Source: an uncultured Actinomycetes bacterium
Lineage (GTDB): Bacteria; Actinomycetota; UBA4738; HRBIN12
NCBI GenBank assembly: GCA_963704885.1
Contig: CAVPIB010000001.1
Location: forward strand, 96,001 to 160,000
Reading direction: 5' to 3'
DNA: 64,000 bases
Positions 39,336 to 47,754 of the stretch are shown here, one piece after another (within the stretch, counting starts at the first letter, position 1; each line of letters begins with the position of its first letter). The notes below the pieces were generated by a model. The model was not told the origin of the DNA and made no database searches. It saw only the letters and a list, made by a program, of their open reading frames with translations. The translations under genes were made by a program, and so were the position numbers.

Positions 39336-40145
39336 ATGGAGCTGAAGCCTGCGGCGGAGGTCGTACGGATCGACGACGCTACTATCACGATCGCGTCGAC
39401 CGTGATCCTTGGGCCGGTATCGCTGACGGTCCACTCCGGCGAGTGGTGGGTGGTGTTGGGGCCTAACGGCTCCGGCAAGACCACTCTGCTCGACCTGGCC
39501 GGCGCCCTCCGTCACCCCACGTCGGGAACCGTTGAGGTCTTGGGCTCCCGGCTGGGGACCACTGACGTGCGCGCGCTCCGATCGCGGATCGGCTTCGTCG
39601 GGCACCACGTCGCCGACGCCATCCCGTCGCACCTGTCGGCCATCGACATCGTGCTCACTGGCAAGCGTTCAACCCTTGTCCCGTGGATGCAGCCCTTCGA
39701 CGAGGAGGACCGACTCGCGGCAGCGGAGCTGCTGGAGCGGGTGGGTTGTACGCCGATGGCCGAGCGGTCTTTGGCCTCGTGTAGCCAGGGAGAACGTCAG
39801 CGGGTGATGCTCGCCCGGGCGCTCTTCGGCCGACCGGAGCTTCTTCTGCTAGACGAACCCATGGCGGGCCTTGATCTGCCTGGACGCGAGCTGCTGCTGG
39901 ACGCGCTCTCTACCACCGCCGACGCGGCCCCGCCCACGATCTTGGTTACCCACCACCTGGAGGAGATCCCCGCAACCACGACCCACGCGGCGCTCTTGCG
40001 CGCGGGAAAGGCCGTGGCCGTCGGTGAGATCCAGGCGGTGCTTACCGACGAGCGAGTCTCCGCGTGTTTCGGGATCCCGGTCTCGGTCTCCTCGTCGCAG
40101 GGCCGCTGGCGTGGACAAGCGGACCGAGCGTCGGCCAACAGCTAG
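39336..40145 (+). CDS. ABC ATP-binding protein
   Basis: GPNGSGKT, SQGE, LLDEP, THH. Confidence 0.9.
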   Translation: MELKPAAEVVRIDDATITIASTVILGPVSLTVHSGEWWVVLGPNGSGKTTLLDLAGALRHPTSGTVEVLGSRLGTTDVRALRSRIGFVGHHVADAIPSHLSAIDIVLTGKRSTLVPWMQPFDEEDRLAAAELLERVGCTPMAERSLASCSQGERQRVMLARALFGRPELLLLDEPMAGLDLPGRELLLDALSTTADAAPPTILVTHHLEEIPATTTHAALLRAGKAVAVGEIQAVLTDERVSACFGIPVSVSSSQGRWRGQADRASANS

Positions 40146-40158
40146 CATCGCGATCGAC

Positions 40159-40539
40159 ATGGGGTGGGATGACGACGAGCGGTATCGACGTGGACGCGAG
40201 AGGTTCCTCGAGGTCCACGATCCGAAGGCACTCCGCTCGGTGGAGGGGCTGGACGACCTCGGGCGGCTGATCATCGAGACCGTCTACGGCGACGTCTACT
40301 CCCGACCGGGCCTGTCAACGCGGGACAGGGAGCTGGCCGCCGTGGCGTCGCTCGTTGCGCTCGGCCGTTCCTCGCAACTCCCCGCACACCTGCGCGCGGC
40401 GCTGCGAGCGGGGGTCACCGAGGAGGAGCTACGCGAGGTGATCCTCCAGACCGCGACGCTCGCGGGCTTCCCGCCCGCCATGAACGCCATGTCCACCCTG
40501 CGGACGATCCTGGCCGGCAAGGAACCGACGGAGGACTAG
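40159..40539 (+). CDS. Carboxymuconolactone decarboxylase family protein
   Basis: YGDVYSRPGLSTRDREL, HLRAAL, GFP. Confidence 0.88.
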   Translation: MGWDDDERYRRGRERFLEVHDPKALRSVEGLDDLGRLIIETVYGDVYSRPGLSTRDRELAAVASLVALGRSSQLPAHLRAALRAGVTEEELREVILQTATLAGFPPAMNAMSTLRTILAGKEPTED

Positions 40540-41450
40540 GTAGCAGCGGTCGAGGGCCGAAGGATCCCCGCGCTACCGAGCGACGGGCTGTACCGGAGGT
40601 CCGCCGGCGTGAACTGGACGGCGACGTCTCTCAAGGCTCCCCACGGATCGACACCCAGGGAGGGCCAGCCGTGGATGGCCAAGATCTGGTCGCGGAAGCG
40701 AACGGTGGAGCCTAGGAGCTCCTCATCGGTCACCGGGATCGGCGGGGCGACCTCTTCGTGGGTCGAGGGCGACCCAAGGATGGCAGAGGCAGGCGAGTCC
40801 ACCCGAGCGAACGATGCGATCAGCGGGTCGAGGTCCCTCGGCGCCGCCAACACTGCCTGCTGCGATGGATCGGCAAGGCCCGCCGCCCAGTCCCAGAGGA
40901 TGGCATCGCCTCCCGCCTGTAGGAGCGCCAGACGATCCGGCTTTGGAGCGGTCATCGGTGAGGAGAACAGAACCTCGATCGTGGCGTCTGCTCCCCCCGC
41001 GGCGTAGCAGCGTCTGACGAACTCGGCGTCGCTGATCAGTCTCGCTTCGCCGACTGCGAGTCTCGACACGACGGTCGCGGCTCGATCCAGGACGGCCACC
41101 AACAGCTGACGAAGCGTCGCCTCGTGCAACGGAAGACGCCGCATCAACCCGAGCATCGCGAGCATCACGACCGGCTCGTGCACCCAGTTGGGGCCGTCCG
41201 TCGCGAAGCGACGGGCGGCAGAGACGACGGGGGCGATGTCGGTCGTTCTGGTGGGCCGACGGACGTCGGCGAAGACGCTTTGGGCGAGCCCCGCCTTCAG
41301 CGGAGCCAGGCGGACACCGGAGACGGTGGTCGACACCACCGTCTCCGGATCCACCACGATCGCGGTGCGGTCGACGTCGCACTCGTCGAACCGGCGGATG
41401 GCCCACGGCACCCACCCTTTGCCCTGGAACATCACGACGTCCCCCGGCAT
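40536..41450 (-). CDS. Permuted papain-like (YiiX/YebB-type NlpC/P60) protein, apparently inactive; frame open upstream to ~41546
   Basis: PGDVVMF, AIRRFD, VRR, AEFVRRCY, FTPADL..SPSL scaffold motifs; the expected His and Cys are absent. Confidence 0.55.
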   Translation of the reverse strand: MPGDVVMFQGKGWVPWAIRRFDECDVDRTAIVVDPETVVSTTVSGVRLAPLKAGLAQSVFADVRRPTRTTDIAPVVSAARRFATDGPNWVHEPVVMLAMLGLMRRLPLHEATLRQLLVAVLDRAATVVSRLAVGEARLISDAEFVRRCYAAGGADATIEVLFSSPMTAPKPDRLALLQAGGDAILWDWAAGLADPSQQAVLAAPRDLDPLIASFARVDSPASAILGSPSTHEEVAPPIPVTDEELLGSTVRFRDQILAIHGWPSLGVDPWGALRDVAVQFTPADLRYSPSLGSAGILRPSTAAT

Positions 41451-41542
41451 GGGGTGGTCCGGCGCCTCATGTATGGGCCGGTCCGGATCGGTCTCGCTCG
41501 GACTCCCCGAAAGGGCTCCCGAGATCTCGCCTGGGTCCTGTT

Positions 41543-41641
41543 TCAGTGCCTAGGCCACTCTGCGGTGCCGGCGATCATCAGTGCCACAGCCGCGCCTGCG
41601 TACAGCAGTCGCCTCAACGTGGATCGCAGCTTCCCTCCCAT
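41543..41641 (-). CDS. 32-aa secreted-type propeptide MGGKLRSTLRRLLYAGAAVALMIAGTAEWPRH
   Basis: RBS AAGGAGGT 9 nt upstream; basic N-region, hydrophobic core and short polar tail. Confidence 0.75.
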   Translation of the reverse strand: MGGKLRSTLRRLLYAGAAVALMIAGTAEWPRH

Positions 41642-41661
41642 GGTTCCGGACCTCCTTCTCC

Positions 41662-41721
41662 GGGCGGAGGAGTTCCGCCCAGGTAACTCGGGACTTAACC
41701 TTGGGGGTCTATAACTGTCAA
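41662..41721 (-). promoter_or_regulatory. Promoter and leader hairpin of the peptide gene
   Basis: TTGACA at 41721-41716 with a weak -10; hairpin GGGCGGA-N5-TCCGCCC before the RBS. Confidence 0.5.
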
Positions 41722-41828
41722 GCATCGCGTCACGGCGTGCCCTCATCTGGGCGGGTGGCTGGGGTGGCTGATTCGTGCTTGCCTTGACTCGGGGCTAGAC
41801 TCCGCCGCGACAGGTTGTCCAACGAACG

Positions 41829-43121
41829 ATGATGGGAGGGAGAGCCTTGCTCGGAACCAGGATGAAGCGGCTGCGGCTAGTTAGGGGCATGACCCAGAAG
41901 GAGCTGGCCGATCCGAAGTACAGCTACGCCTACGTGAGCACGATCGAGGCCGGGCGGCGCAACCCCTCCAAGGAGGCGATCGAACACTTCGCCTCGAAGC
42001 TGGGGATCACGGCCGACGAGCTGGCCACCGGCACCCCCGCGGACCTTGGCCCTCGGTTGGAGCTCAGACTCCACGAGGCGCGCGTCGCTATGTCCGAGGG
42101 CCACCTCGACCAGGCCGCCGATGAGCTGGCCGCGATAGCCAAGGAGGCCAAGCGCTACCACCTCGTTCGAGTGATGGCCAAGACCGAGGAGGGCCTGGGT
42201 CTGGCGTGCGAACGCCGGGCAGAGCCGGAGGCGGCACTGGAGCACTACCAGCGCTCCGAGGAGCTCCTCCGCGACGAGCCAGCCACCGAGTGGGTGGATG
42301 CGGTAGCGGGCATGGCTCGCAGCTTCGAGGCCATGGGGGACGTCCGTTACGCCATCTTCATACTGGAGAGCCTGCTCGATCGTCTGGACCGCGCCCGGCT
42401 GCGCGACCCCGATGCCCTGGCCAGACTGCACTCGTCCCTGGTGTTCGCGTATCTGGACGCCGGCATCCATCGGAAGGCCGCAGAATCCGCAGCAGAACTG
42501 GAGGCTCTGGCCCCCCGGATGCAAGACCCGATCCGGATCGCCCAGATGCACATGAACGTGGCGCGGCTGTTCCTGCAGGACGGGCGCATCAACGACGCGG
42601 AGCGATCCCTCCGCCGCGCCGAGGACGCCTATCGACACCTCAATCTCCGCACGGAGATGGGCGGCGCACACCTGGCTCTGGGCTACGTCGCCAGCCGGGA
42701 GGGCGACCTGTCGAAGGCACGCTTCGAGCTCGAACATGCGATCGACATCTTCGAAGACACCGCCAACGAACTGGACCTGGCAAGCGCGCTGAACGAGCTT
42801 GCCAGGGTGGAGCGCCTGGAGGGGTCCTCGGATCGAGCTCGATCGCATCTGGAGCGGTCGCTGTCATTGTTGGGTGGGCGCGACACTCCGGTCGTGGCGG
42901 GTTCGCATCGTGAACTCGGCCTCGCGTTGGCGGACCTCGATCCTGTGGACGCGGAGAAGCACCTCCGAGTGGCGATCGAGCTCTACGATCGCTCGGGGCA
43001 GTCGTTCGAGATCGCACTCACCTATCGCGCTCTCGGCGACCTGTTGAACGACGGAGGCGAAGGCGACGCCGCGTCCGAGGCCTACCGGACCGGGATCATG
43101 GCGCTCGAGCCCACGGTGTAG
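41829..43121 (+). CDS. XRE-HTH plus TPR transcriptional regulator (RRNPP-like architecture)
   Basis: RLRLVRGMTQKELA..YVSTIEAGRRNPS, then ~350 aa of TPR-like helices (MHMNVARLF, AHLALGYV, ALNELARV). Confidence 0.85.
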   Translation: MMGGRALLGTRMKRLRLVRGMTQKELADPKYSYAYVSTIEAGRRNPSKEAIEHFASKLGITADELATGTPADLGPRLELRLHEARVAMSEGHLDQAADELAAIAKEAKRYHLVRVMAKTEEGLGLACERRAEPEAALEHYQRSEELLRDEPATEWVDAVAGMARSFEAMGDVRYAIFILESLLDRLDRARLRDPDALARLHSSLVFAYLDAGIHRKAAESAAELEALAPRMQDPIRIAQMHMNVARLFLQDGRINDAERSLRRAEDAYRHLNLRTEMGGAHLALGYVASREGDLSKARFELEHAIDIFEDTANELDLASALNELARVERLEGSSDRARSHLERSLSLLGGRDTPVVAGSHRELGLALADLDPVDAEKHLRVAIELYDRSGQSFEIALTYRALGDLLNDGGEGDAASEAYRTGIMALEPTV

Positions 43122-43134
43122 GTCGGAACGAGCG

Positions 43135-44994
43135 TCAGCGGGGCGCTGCCTGCCTGGCAGATTCCACGACCTCCGCCGCCAGGTCGAAGCGGCCGAACTG
43201 AGGCATGAGATAGATCCCGGCGACATCCACTTGGCTGAGCTGGGCGATCAGCTCTCCAGCCATGGCGAGCCCCTCGCGCTCCGCCTGGTCGCCCGCGGCG
43301 GCCAGCCGCTCCCGCACGGGCCCGGGGATCACGATCCCCGGCACCTCGTTGTGAAGGAACTCGGCGTGCCTGGCGGTCACGAGCGGCAGCACTCCGGCCA
43401 GCAGCGGGGTCGTGAGCGGTGCGCCCGTCACTCGTTCGTAGGTCTCGCGCAAGCGCCCGATCGCATGGGTCTCGTACACCGGCTGCGACAGGAGGAACCG
43501 AGCGCCGGCCGCGATCTTCTTCTCTAGCAGGCGACACTCGCGGTCCAGATCCCGGGCGTTGGGCGCGACGGCCGCCCCCGCGAAGAACGAGGTGGGCTCG
43601 CCGATAGAGGTTCCCCCACGGTCTCGCCCCAGGTTGAAGCCCTGGTTGACGAGCGCCAACAGCCCCGTGGCAGTCACATCGACGTTGTTCGACCCCTGGG
43701 GGAAATCGCCGATCGACACCGGATCGCCCACGCACACGAACAGGTTGCGGATGCCGAGCGCAGCAGCGCCGAGCAGGTCGCCCTGCAGCCGGAGGAGGTT
43801 CCGGCCGCGCGTTGGGAAGTGAAGCACCGTCTCCACACCGACGCGTTCCTGGATCAACCGGCAAGCGGCCCAGGCGCTCATCCGCATCTTCGCCATCGGA
43901 CTGTCGGCCACGTCGATCACGTCGGCCCCCGCTGTCGCAAGCGTCTCGGCCCCGGCCACCAGCGTGCCGATGTCGAATGACCGTGGCGGCTCCACCTCGA
44001 CCGCGATCACGAACCGGCCGGCCGCAAGGCACGCCTCAAGTGCCGTGGGCGTGGCTGCGGGACGGGACGGGTTTCCGGTCTCATAGGGCGTCGTCGCGAT
44101 CGCGATCGCCGGGGCGACGCCTCTACCCTCGAGCGCACTCGCGATCGCTGTGGTGTGCGCCGGGCCCGTCCCACAGCATCCGCCGATCACCGCGGCGCCC
44201 TGGTCCGCGAACGCCACCGCGTGCTCGGCCACGTACTCCGGTGTGGCGGGATACACGAAGCGTCCGCCGACCTGCGCCGGTCCCCCGGCGTTGGGACGCG
44301 CCACGAGGGGGATATCGCCCGCCACGGCTCGCATGGCGCGGATCACGCGGAGCAACTGCGCCGGACCCTCACCGCAGTTCGCGCCCAGACCGTCCACGCC
44401 CATGGCTAACAGAGAAGACGCGACGTGCTCTGGGGAAGAGCCTAGTAGCGTTCGATCGTCCTTCGTGAAGGTGGCGGTCACCACGACCGCGACATCCGGG
44501 TCGGCATCGCGCGCGGCCGCCACCGCCTGCTCCATCTCCCGCAGATCGCTCTGGGTCTCGATCACGAATAGGTCCACGCCTTCTGAGGCAAGGGCCGCCG
44601 CCTGTTCCCGGTATGCGGCGAACGCGACCTCGGGCCGGACCCGGCCGTAGGGGGCCAGCCGCACGCCGAGCGGTCCCATCGATCCCGCAACGAACTTGGC
44701 GCCGCTCTTCCGGGCCACCCGAACCCCCGCGCGGTTCAACTCCTCGACGCGTACGTCCAGGCCGTGCGGCTCCAGCCGGAAGCGGTTCGTCCCGAACGTG
44801 TTCGCAAGCACCAGCTGGGCGCCGGCATCCACGAAACCACGATGGATACCCAGCACGCGACCGGCATCCTCGACGCTCAACAGCTCCATGCAGGCGCCCA
44901 CCGGAGCCCCGGAGTCGATCAGCGCGGTACCCATGCCCCCGTCTGCGATCAGCGGGCGTCCTGCGAGCAAGGTTCGGAGCGCGGCGCCGTCCAT
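43135..44994 (-). CDS. yitJ: Bifunctional homocysteine S-methyltransferase / methylenetetrahydrofolate reductase
   Basis: DGGMGT, GANC, PNAG, GGCCGT; DSPMA, FLHNEVPG. Confidence 0.9.
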   Translation of the reverse strand: MDGAALRTLLAGRPLIADGGMGTALIDSGAPVGACMELLSVEDAGRVLGIHRGFVDAGAQLVLANTFGTNRFRLEPHGLDVRVEELNRAGVRVARKSGAKFVAGSMGPLGVRLAPYGRVRPEVAFAAYREQAAALASEGVDLFVIETQSDLREMEQAVAAARDADPDVAVVVTATFTKDDRTLLGSSPEHVASSLLAMGVDGLGANCGEGPAQLLRVIRAMRAVAGDIPLVARPNAGGPAQVGGRFVYPATPEYVAEHAVAFADQGAAVIGGCCGTGPAHTTAIASALEGRGVAPAIAIATTPYETGNPSRPAATPTALEACLAAGRFVIAVEVEPPRSFDIGTLVAGAETLATAGADVIDVADSPMAKMRMSAWAACRLIQERVGVETVLHFPTRGRNLLRLQGDLLGAAALGIRNLFVCVGDPVSIGDFPQGSNNVDVTATGLLALVNQGFNLGRDRGGTSIGEPTSFFAGAAVAPNARDLDRECRLLEKKIAAGARFLLSQPVYETHAIGRLRETYERVTGAPLTTPLLAGVLPLVTARHAEFLHNEVPGIVIPGPVRERLAAAGDQAEREGLAMAGELIAQLSQVDVAGIYLMPQFGRFDLAAEVVESARQAAPR

Positions 44995-45044
44995 CCCCGC
45001 AGTTTAGGGAGGTGGGCGTGGGCGTCGCGTGACATCGTTCAACC

Positions 45045-45890
45045 ATGACGGGTGACGACATCCAAAGGGCACGGGCGCGCCGCTGGTGGCAGTCGGGCAG
45101 ACCGCTCGGGCGGATCGACCGCGCGGGTCGGTTCGTGAACGACGTCGGGTTCGCGTTGCTGTTCCCCAAGGCGAGCATCGAGCTGCCCTCCCTGTGGGAG
45201 GCGACGACCGACCGGCCCATCCACACCGCCGAGAGCGACTGGGGTCCCGACATGGAGAAGGTCTGGACGTGGAAGGACGAGCTCCCGCGTCGCGGCCTGT
45301 GCTGGTACGGCGAGTTCGTGCGGGGACGCAAGTCGTTCCTGTCGCAGTCACTCTTGAACGACCTGTACCCGCGCAGCGGCAGCCCCGACGACTTCGGGGA
45401 GGTGAGCTTCTCCCACGACGCGCGGCGGATCGCGCGGATCCTGCTGACCTCGGGGCCACAACCCACGGCCGCTCTCAGGGAGGCGCTGGACGTCGAGGGC
45501 CGGGCGGGCGCTGAGCGATTCTCTCGAGCCGTTGGCGAGCTGGGCCGCGCGCTGGTCATAACCAACTTCGGCACGGAGGACGAGGGCGGAGGATGGCCAA
45601 GCGCCGTCCTGGAGCTGACCACCAGGGCCTTCCCTATCCCCCCGAAACGCGACCCCGAGGTCTCCCGACTGAACGTCGCGCGGACCTTCCTGGACACCAT
45701 GATCACGGCCCAGCCGAACCATCTGGGCAACGCCTTCCACATCGGCGCCGCGGCAGCACGCGCGTCCTTCGAGGATCTGGTCGCGCTCGGCGAAGCCGAG
45801 CGCGACGGCCCCGGTTACCGGCTGGTGCCTACATCGACGGCCGCGAACCGCAGCCGGCGATCGGTCACGACCTCGTCCACCACGCCGTAG
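45045..45890 (+). CDS. AlkZ-related winged-helix protein (tentative)
   Basis: [38 protein letters not shown]. Confidence 0.6.
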   Translation: MTGDDIQRARARRWWQSGRPLGRIDRAGRFVNDVGFALLFPKASIELPSLWEATTDRPIHTAESDWGPDMEKVWTWKDELPRRGLCWYGEFVRGRKSFLSQSLLNDLYPRSGSPDDFGEVSFSHDARRIARILLTSGPQPTAALREALDVEGRAGAERFSRAVGELGRALVITNFGTEDEGGGWPSAVLELTTRAFPIPPKRDPEVSRLNVARTFLDTMITAQPNHLGNAFHIGAAAARASFEDLVALGEAERDGPGYRLVPTSTAANRSRRSVTTSSTTP

Positions 45891-46447
45891 GCCTTCGCCT
45901 CCTCGGCCGTAAGGATGAAGTCCCGGTCGGTGTCCGCTCGCACCTTCTCGAGCGGCTGGCCGGTGTGCTCGGCCAGGATCTCCTCCTGGCGGCGGCGCTG
46001 ACGCACAATCTCCTGCGCGTGGATCTCGATGTCGGTGGACTGTCCCTCGACGCCACCGTGCGGCTGATGCAGCAGCACACGCGCGTTGGGGAGCGCGTAC
46101 CGCTTGCCCGGCGCACCGGAGGCGAGGAGCGTCGCCCCCGCCGACGCCGCCTGCCCCATGCACCAGGTGGCCACGTCGGGACGGATCGCCTGCATGGTGT
46201 CGTAGATCGCGAGCATCGCCGTCGCCGCACCGCCGGGCGAGTTGATGTACATGGCGATGTCCTTGTCCGGATCCTCGGCCTCCAAGAAGAGCAGCTGCGC
46301 CACGATCAGGTTGGCCACGTCGTCGTCCAGCACGCTGCCGAAGAACACCACGCGTTCGCGCAGCAGCCGAGAGTAGATGTCGAACGACCGCTCGCCGCGA
46401 TCCGTCGCCTCGACCACCGTGGGCACCAGCACCCGGGGTTCCCGCAT
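45815..46447 (-). CDS. clpP: ATP-dependent Clp protease proteolytic subunit
   Basis: DIYSRLL, YINSPGG, GQAASAG, LHQP, DTDRD. Confidence 0.95.
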   Translation of the reverse strand: MREPRVLVPTVVEATDRGERSFDIYSRLLRERVVFFGSVLDDDVANLIVAQLLFLEAEDPDKDIAMYINSPGGAATAMLAIYDTMQAIRPDVATWCMGQAASAGATLLASGAPGKRYALPNARVLLHQPHGGVEGQSTDIEIHAQEIVRQRRRQEEILAEHTGQPLEKVRADTDRDFILTAEEAKAYGVVDEVVTDRRLRFAAVDVGTSR

Positions 46448-46469
46448 CGTCGCCACCCCCCGGTAAGAT

Positions 46470-46521
46470 GCAACCGAACGGTTGCCGGTCGAGCCTAGCA
46501 GTTCGGCAACCCAACGGTTGC
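46470..46521. promoter_or_regulatory. Two palindromic operators between clpP and SRPBCC-ArsR
   Basis: GCAACC-N4-GGTTGC at 46470-46485 and 46506-46521. Confidence 0.7.
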
Positions 46522-46527
46522 CAAGGG

Positions 46528-46911
46528 AGACCACGCGGATGAGCCGATCCGACGCGAGGTGACGATCGTAGCCGCGCCCCGGGACGTGTGGGACGCGATC
46601 ACCGGACCGGCGGAGCTGGCCGCTTGGTTCGACGCCGAGACCCAGATCGACCTTCGGCTCGGCGGCGCCGTCCGCTTCACCTGGCCCGACGGCATCGAGC
46701 GCCGGGGCTGATCGTGGATCTGGACGCCCCTCGCCGGCTGGCGTGGCGATGGCGCGAACTCCGATCGACGGACGACGGCCTGACCACATCCGACGCGACC
46801 GTCGTCGAGTTCCTGGTCGAGGCCGACGGAGAGGGTTCCCGCGTCACGGTCACGGAATCACCCGGTGTGCTGGCCGCGGATCCACCGGCGTTGGCGGAGT
46901 CGCGGCTATGA
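46528..46911 (+). CDS. SRPBCC/AHSA1 protein (frameshift near 46707; start uncertain)
   Basis: [23 protein letters not shown], then after the slip [17 protein letters not shown]. Confidence 0.7.
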
Positions 46912-47243
46912 CGACCGGACGGCCGCATGACGCAGACGCGGTCTTCCAGGCGTTGTCCGACGCCACGCGGCGCGACGTCATGCGATTACTGTCCGAAGGC
47001 GGTCCATCCACCGTGGGCGAGCTCGCGGCCGGACTTCCCGTGACGCGTCAGGCCGTGGCAAAGCATCTGGTGGTGCTGGCTGACGCCGGGTTGGTTTCGG
47101 CGTCGGGCGACACGCGCAGGCGACACTACCGGCTGACGCCGCAACCGCTCAGCGACGCCATGGGCTGGATTGTCGACGTCGGCGGTGAGTGGGACGAGCG
47201 TTTGGGTGCCCTCAAGCGCCACGTGGAGCGCGACCGATCGTGA
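46908..47243 (+). CDS. ArsR/SmtB-family regulator
   Basis: ALSDATRR, TRQAVAKHLVVLADAGL. Confidence 0.88.
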   Translation: MTTGRPHDADAVFQALSDATRRDVMRLLSEGGPSTVGELAAGLPVTRQAVAKHLVVLADAGLVSASGDTRRRHYRLTPQPLSDAMGWIVDVGGEWDERLGALKRHVERDRS

Positions 47244-47397
47244 TACTGGCCCGAACGCATAGGAGTGGACCCCCCGTTGGCCTGGGTTGTGGGTGATGTC
47301 ACGCTCAGCGGCTCGGTCGGGAGCGTTGCCGAAACCCGCAGCACCCAACCTATCTGGGGCAAGAAGTGTCCAGGAAACTTGACGCGGAACAGTTCGA

Positions 47398-47754
47398 TCA
47401 GATTTCACGCAGATCGAGCAGATTCCGAGCGGTCGCAATCTCGTTTTCGAAGAGGCGCGCCATGCCTTCCAGCTCATCACTGGAACCTTCCTCCCATTCG
47501 GTGGTCAGAACTCCCCTCTCCCCCTTCTTGCCCTTTGGCCTTATGGCGTAGCGGATGAGTGTGCCGCCCCGATCCAGCAAGAAGCCCCGATCTTCATTCG
47601 AGTCTTCTGGCCACCTCACGATCGCAGCCATGTCGGTCGGCGACCAACCCCGTCGGACGAGTTCAGCCCGCAAACCCACCCAGCCGGGGCCCGGTGAGGT
47701 TCGGAAGCTCTTGGTCAGCTCCGTGATTGCACTCTCAAGTGAGTCCTGCGTCAT
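47398..47754 (-). CDS. Putative immunity protein of the RHS toxin
   Basis: 118-aa ORF whose ATG overlaps the toxin TGA (ATGA at 47754-47751). Confidence 0.7.
   Translation of the reverse strand: MTQDSLESAITELTKSFRTSPGPGWVGLRAELVRRGWSPTDMAAIVRWPEDSNEDRGFLLDRGGTLIRYAIRPKGKKGERGVLTTEWEEGSSDELEGMARLFENEIATARNLLDLREI

Noticed and set aside
5867-47243. Integron-like cassette array
   Set aside because: No integrase, no recurring attC-like site, and genes lie in both orientations with their own promoters.
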